The notes below the pieces were generated by a model, which searched no databases, was not told the origin of the DNA, and saw only the letters and a program-made list of their open reading frames with translations. The position numbers and the translations under genes were made by a program. 64,000 bases of DNA from Anthoceros angustus (lineage: Eukaryota > Plantae > Anthocerotophyta): contig VJWM01000222.1 in the NCBI GenBank assembly GCA_010909165.1, positions 186,001 through 250,000 on the forward strand, in the 5' to 3' direction. Numbering within the stretch: the stretch's first letter is position 1; the number at the start of each line of letters is the position of its first letter. Positions 63,001-64,000 of this stretch are shown here, in pieces.

Positions 63001-64000
63001 TGCTTGCTCCGCATCCTTTTCGCGCTCTTGTTTCGCCCTTGCACTCTTTGTTGTCCGTGCGACCCTTCATTTTTCTTTTTTGGCGCTCCTCATCGATGGC
63101 GCTTCCCACTGTCACTCGTTTCTTCCTCCGTGGAACTTTTCATGGAATCTTCTTGGAGCTCTCTTCACGATGAACTTTCTTCCGAGGAGGATGAGAATCC
63201 CTTCTCTTTTTCCTGATCAGGCTTCCTCTTCTCCTTCCTAGCTCTCTTTATATCATGCGGGTTGGATTCCTCATATAATTTAGCGCCGCGATAGCCTTGC
63301 CCAAATTCTTCTCCGCTTTGCAACCTTCGTGTCTCCCCATCTTAGAACCCGGGCCTTTAGCGAACCACCGTATTGCTGCAACTCAGATGAGGGCCACTTG
63401 ATCGCGTGGTATGAAACCTCTCAACATACGCTTAGGTTTCCTTCCTTCCTCTCTCGCTTTTCAAGTTTGGACAACACGTATCCCTCCACGTCAAGCCCCT
63501 AAACCTCTCACAGGCGGTTTTAACTCTTCAAAGGTGGCGGAGGTGTGGGACTTGAGTATTCGCCTATACCACTTTTGGACCTCCCGAAGAACTCCATAGA
63601 ACGGTGAATGTGCATCTCCGCTTCTGGTTTGCAAATGTCATGCTCGCTCAACAAATTCATCGGGGTCCTCATACCCTTCCCTCTCCCCTACAGGTAAGGT
63701 TGCTTGGTGGTGACCACCACCGGCACAGTGGTGGTACATGACTATCGTGATTCGGTAAGTGGTTGATTCAACGGTTCTGTGGAAGATTGATCTGGGCGAT
63801 TGGAAGAGAGTCGGGAAGATGGAATTGGTCGAGGTTCCTTGGTGTGGTACCTCGTCCAAGTCGAGGTTGGGGATCTTGCTCCAACAAGATCGGACCCCGC
63901 CCTGGTTGATTCCTTACTTCCCTTCTCCTCCCGGCAGTGCGTCTTCGGTTGGGTCCTCCTCAACTCCCGGTTTGCAACCCTTTTCAACCTTTCCGATTGC
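60051..64000 (-). mobile_element. Athila-like family E copy 2: gag, protease, RT; runs off the window end
   Basis: RT motifs D.FPLPFIDNILD, LDGYLGYN, FMEVFLDDF and HPEKCYFG...GIEVDPDKVKVIATLKAPTTLKELRGFLG. 61383-64000 appears identical to 19315-21932 (offset 42068). Confidence 0.88.

Overview
Eukaryotic, almost certainly land-plant, heterochromatin made up almost entirely of nested and rearranged transposons. I see no host gene, RNA gene or CRISPR array. Reading frames are broken every few tens of codons, mostly by 1-3 nt deletions, so proteins were rebuilt by hopping between frames; this may reflect unpolished long-read sequence. Contents: (1) Two distinct Ty3/gypsy families (A: 1-6870, 23028-35643, 57430-60050; B: 35811-45213 plus a mirrored copy) with Gag-CCHC, protease, a long unknown spacer, RT, RNase H and a DDE integrase ending in a PHD finger. 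In both families the termini are not a normal LTR pair but split direct repeats (A...B-A-B), with TG...CA-like ends and no visible PBS or PPT. This is the most interesting observation. (2) A chromovirus-type gypsy with a tRNA-iMet PBS (12548-16136) and scrambled copies of it. (3) An Athila-like gypsy with a tRNA-Asp-like PBS (19315-23023, 60050-64000). (4) Ty1/copia fragments, a 2.26-kb TIR element inserted in family A, and several minisatellites. (5) Two large fold-back palindromes, an apparently exact 2.6-kb duplication, a 217-bp tandem array of an RT segment, and many junctions on 9-12 bp microhomologies. These may be genuine template switching or amplification/assembly artefacts.
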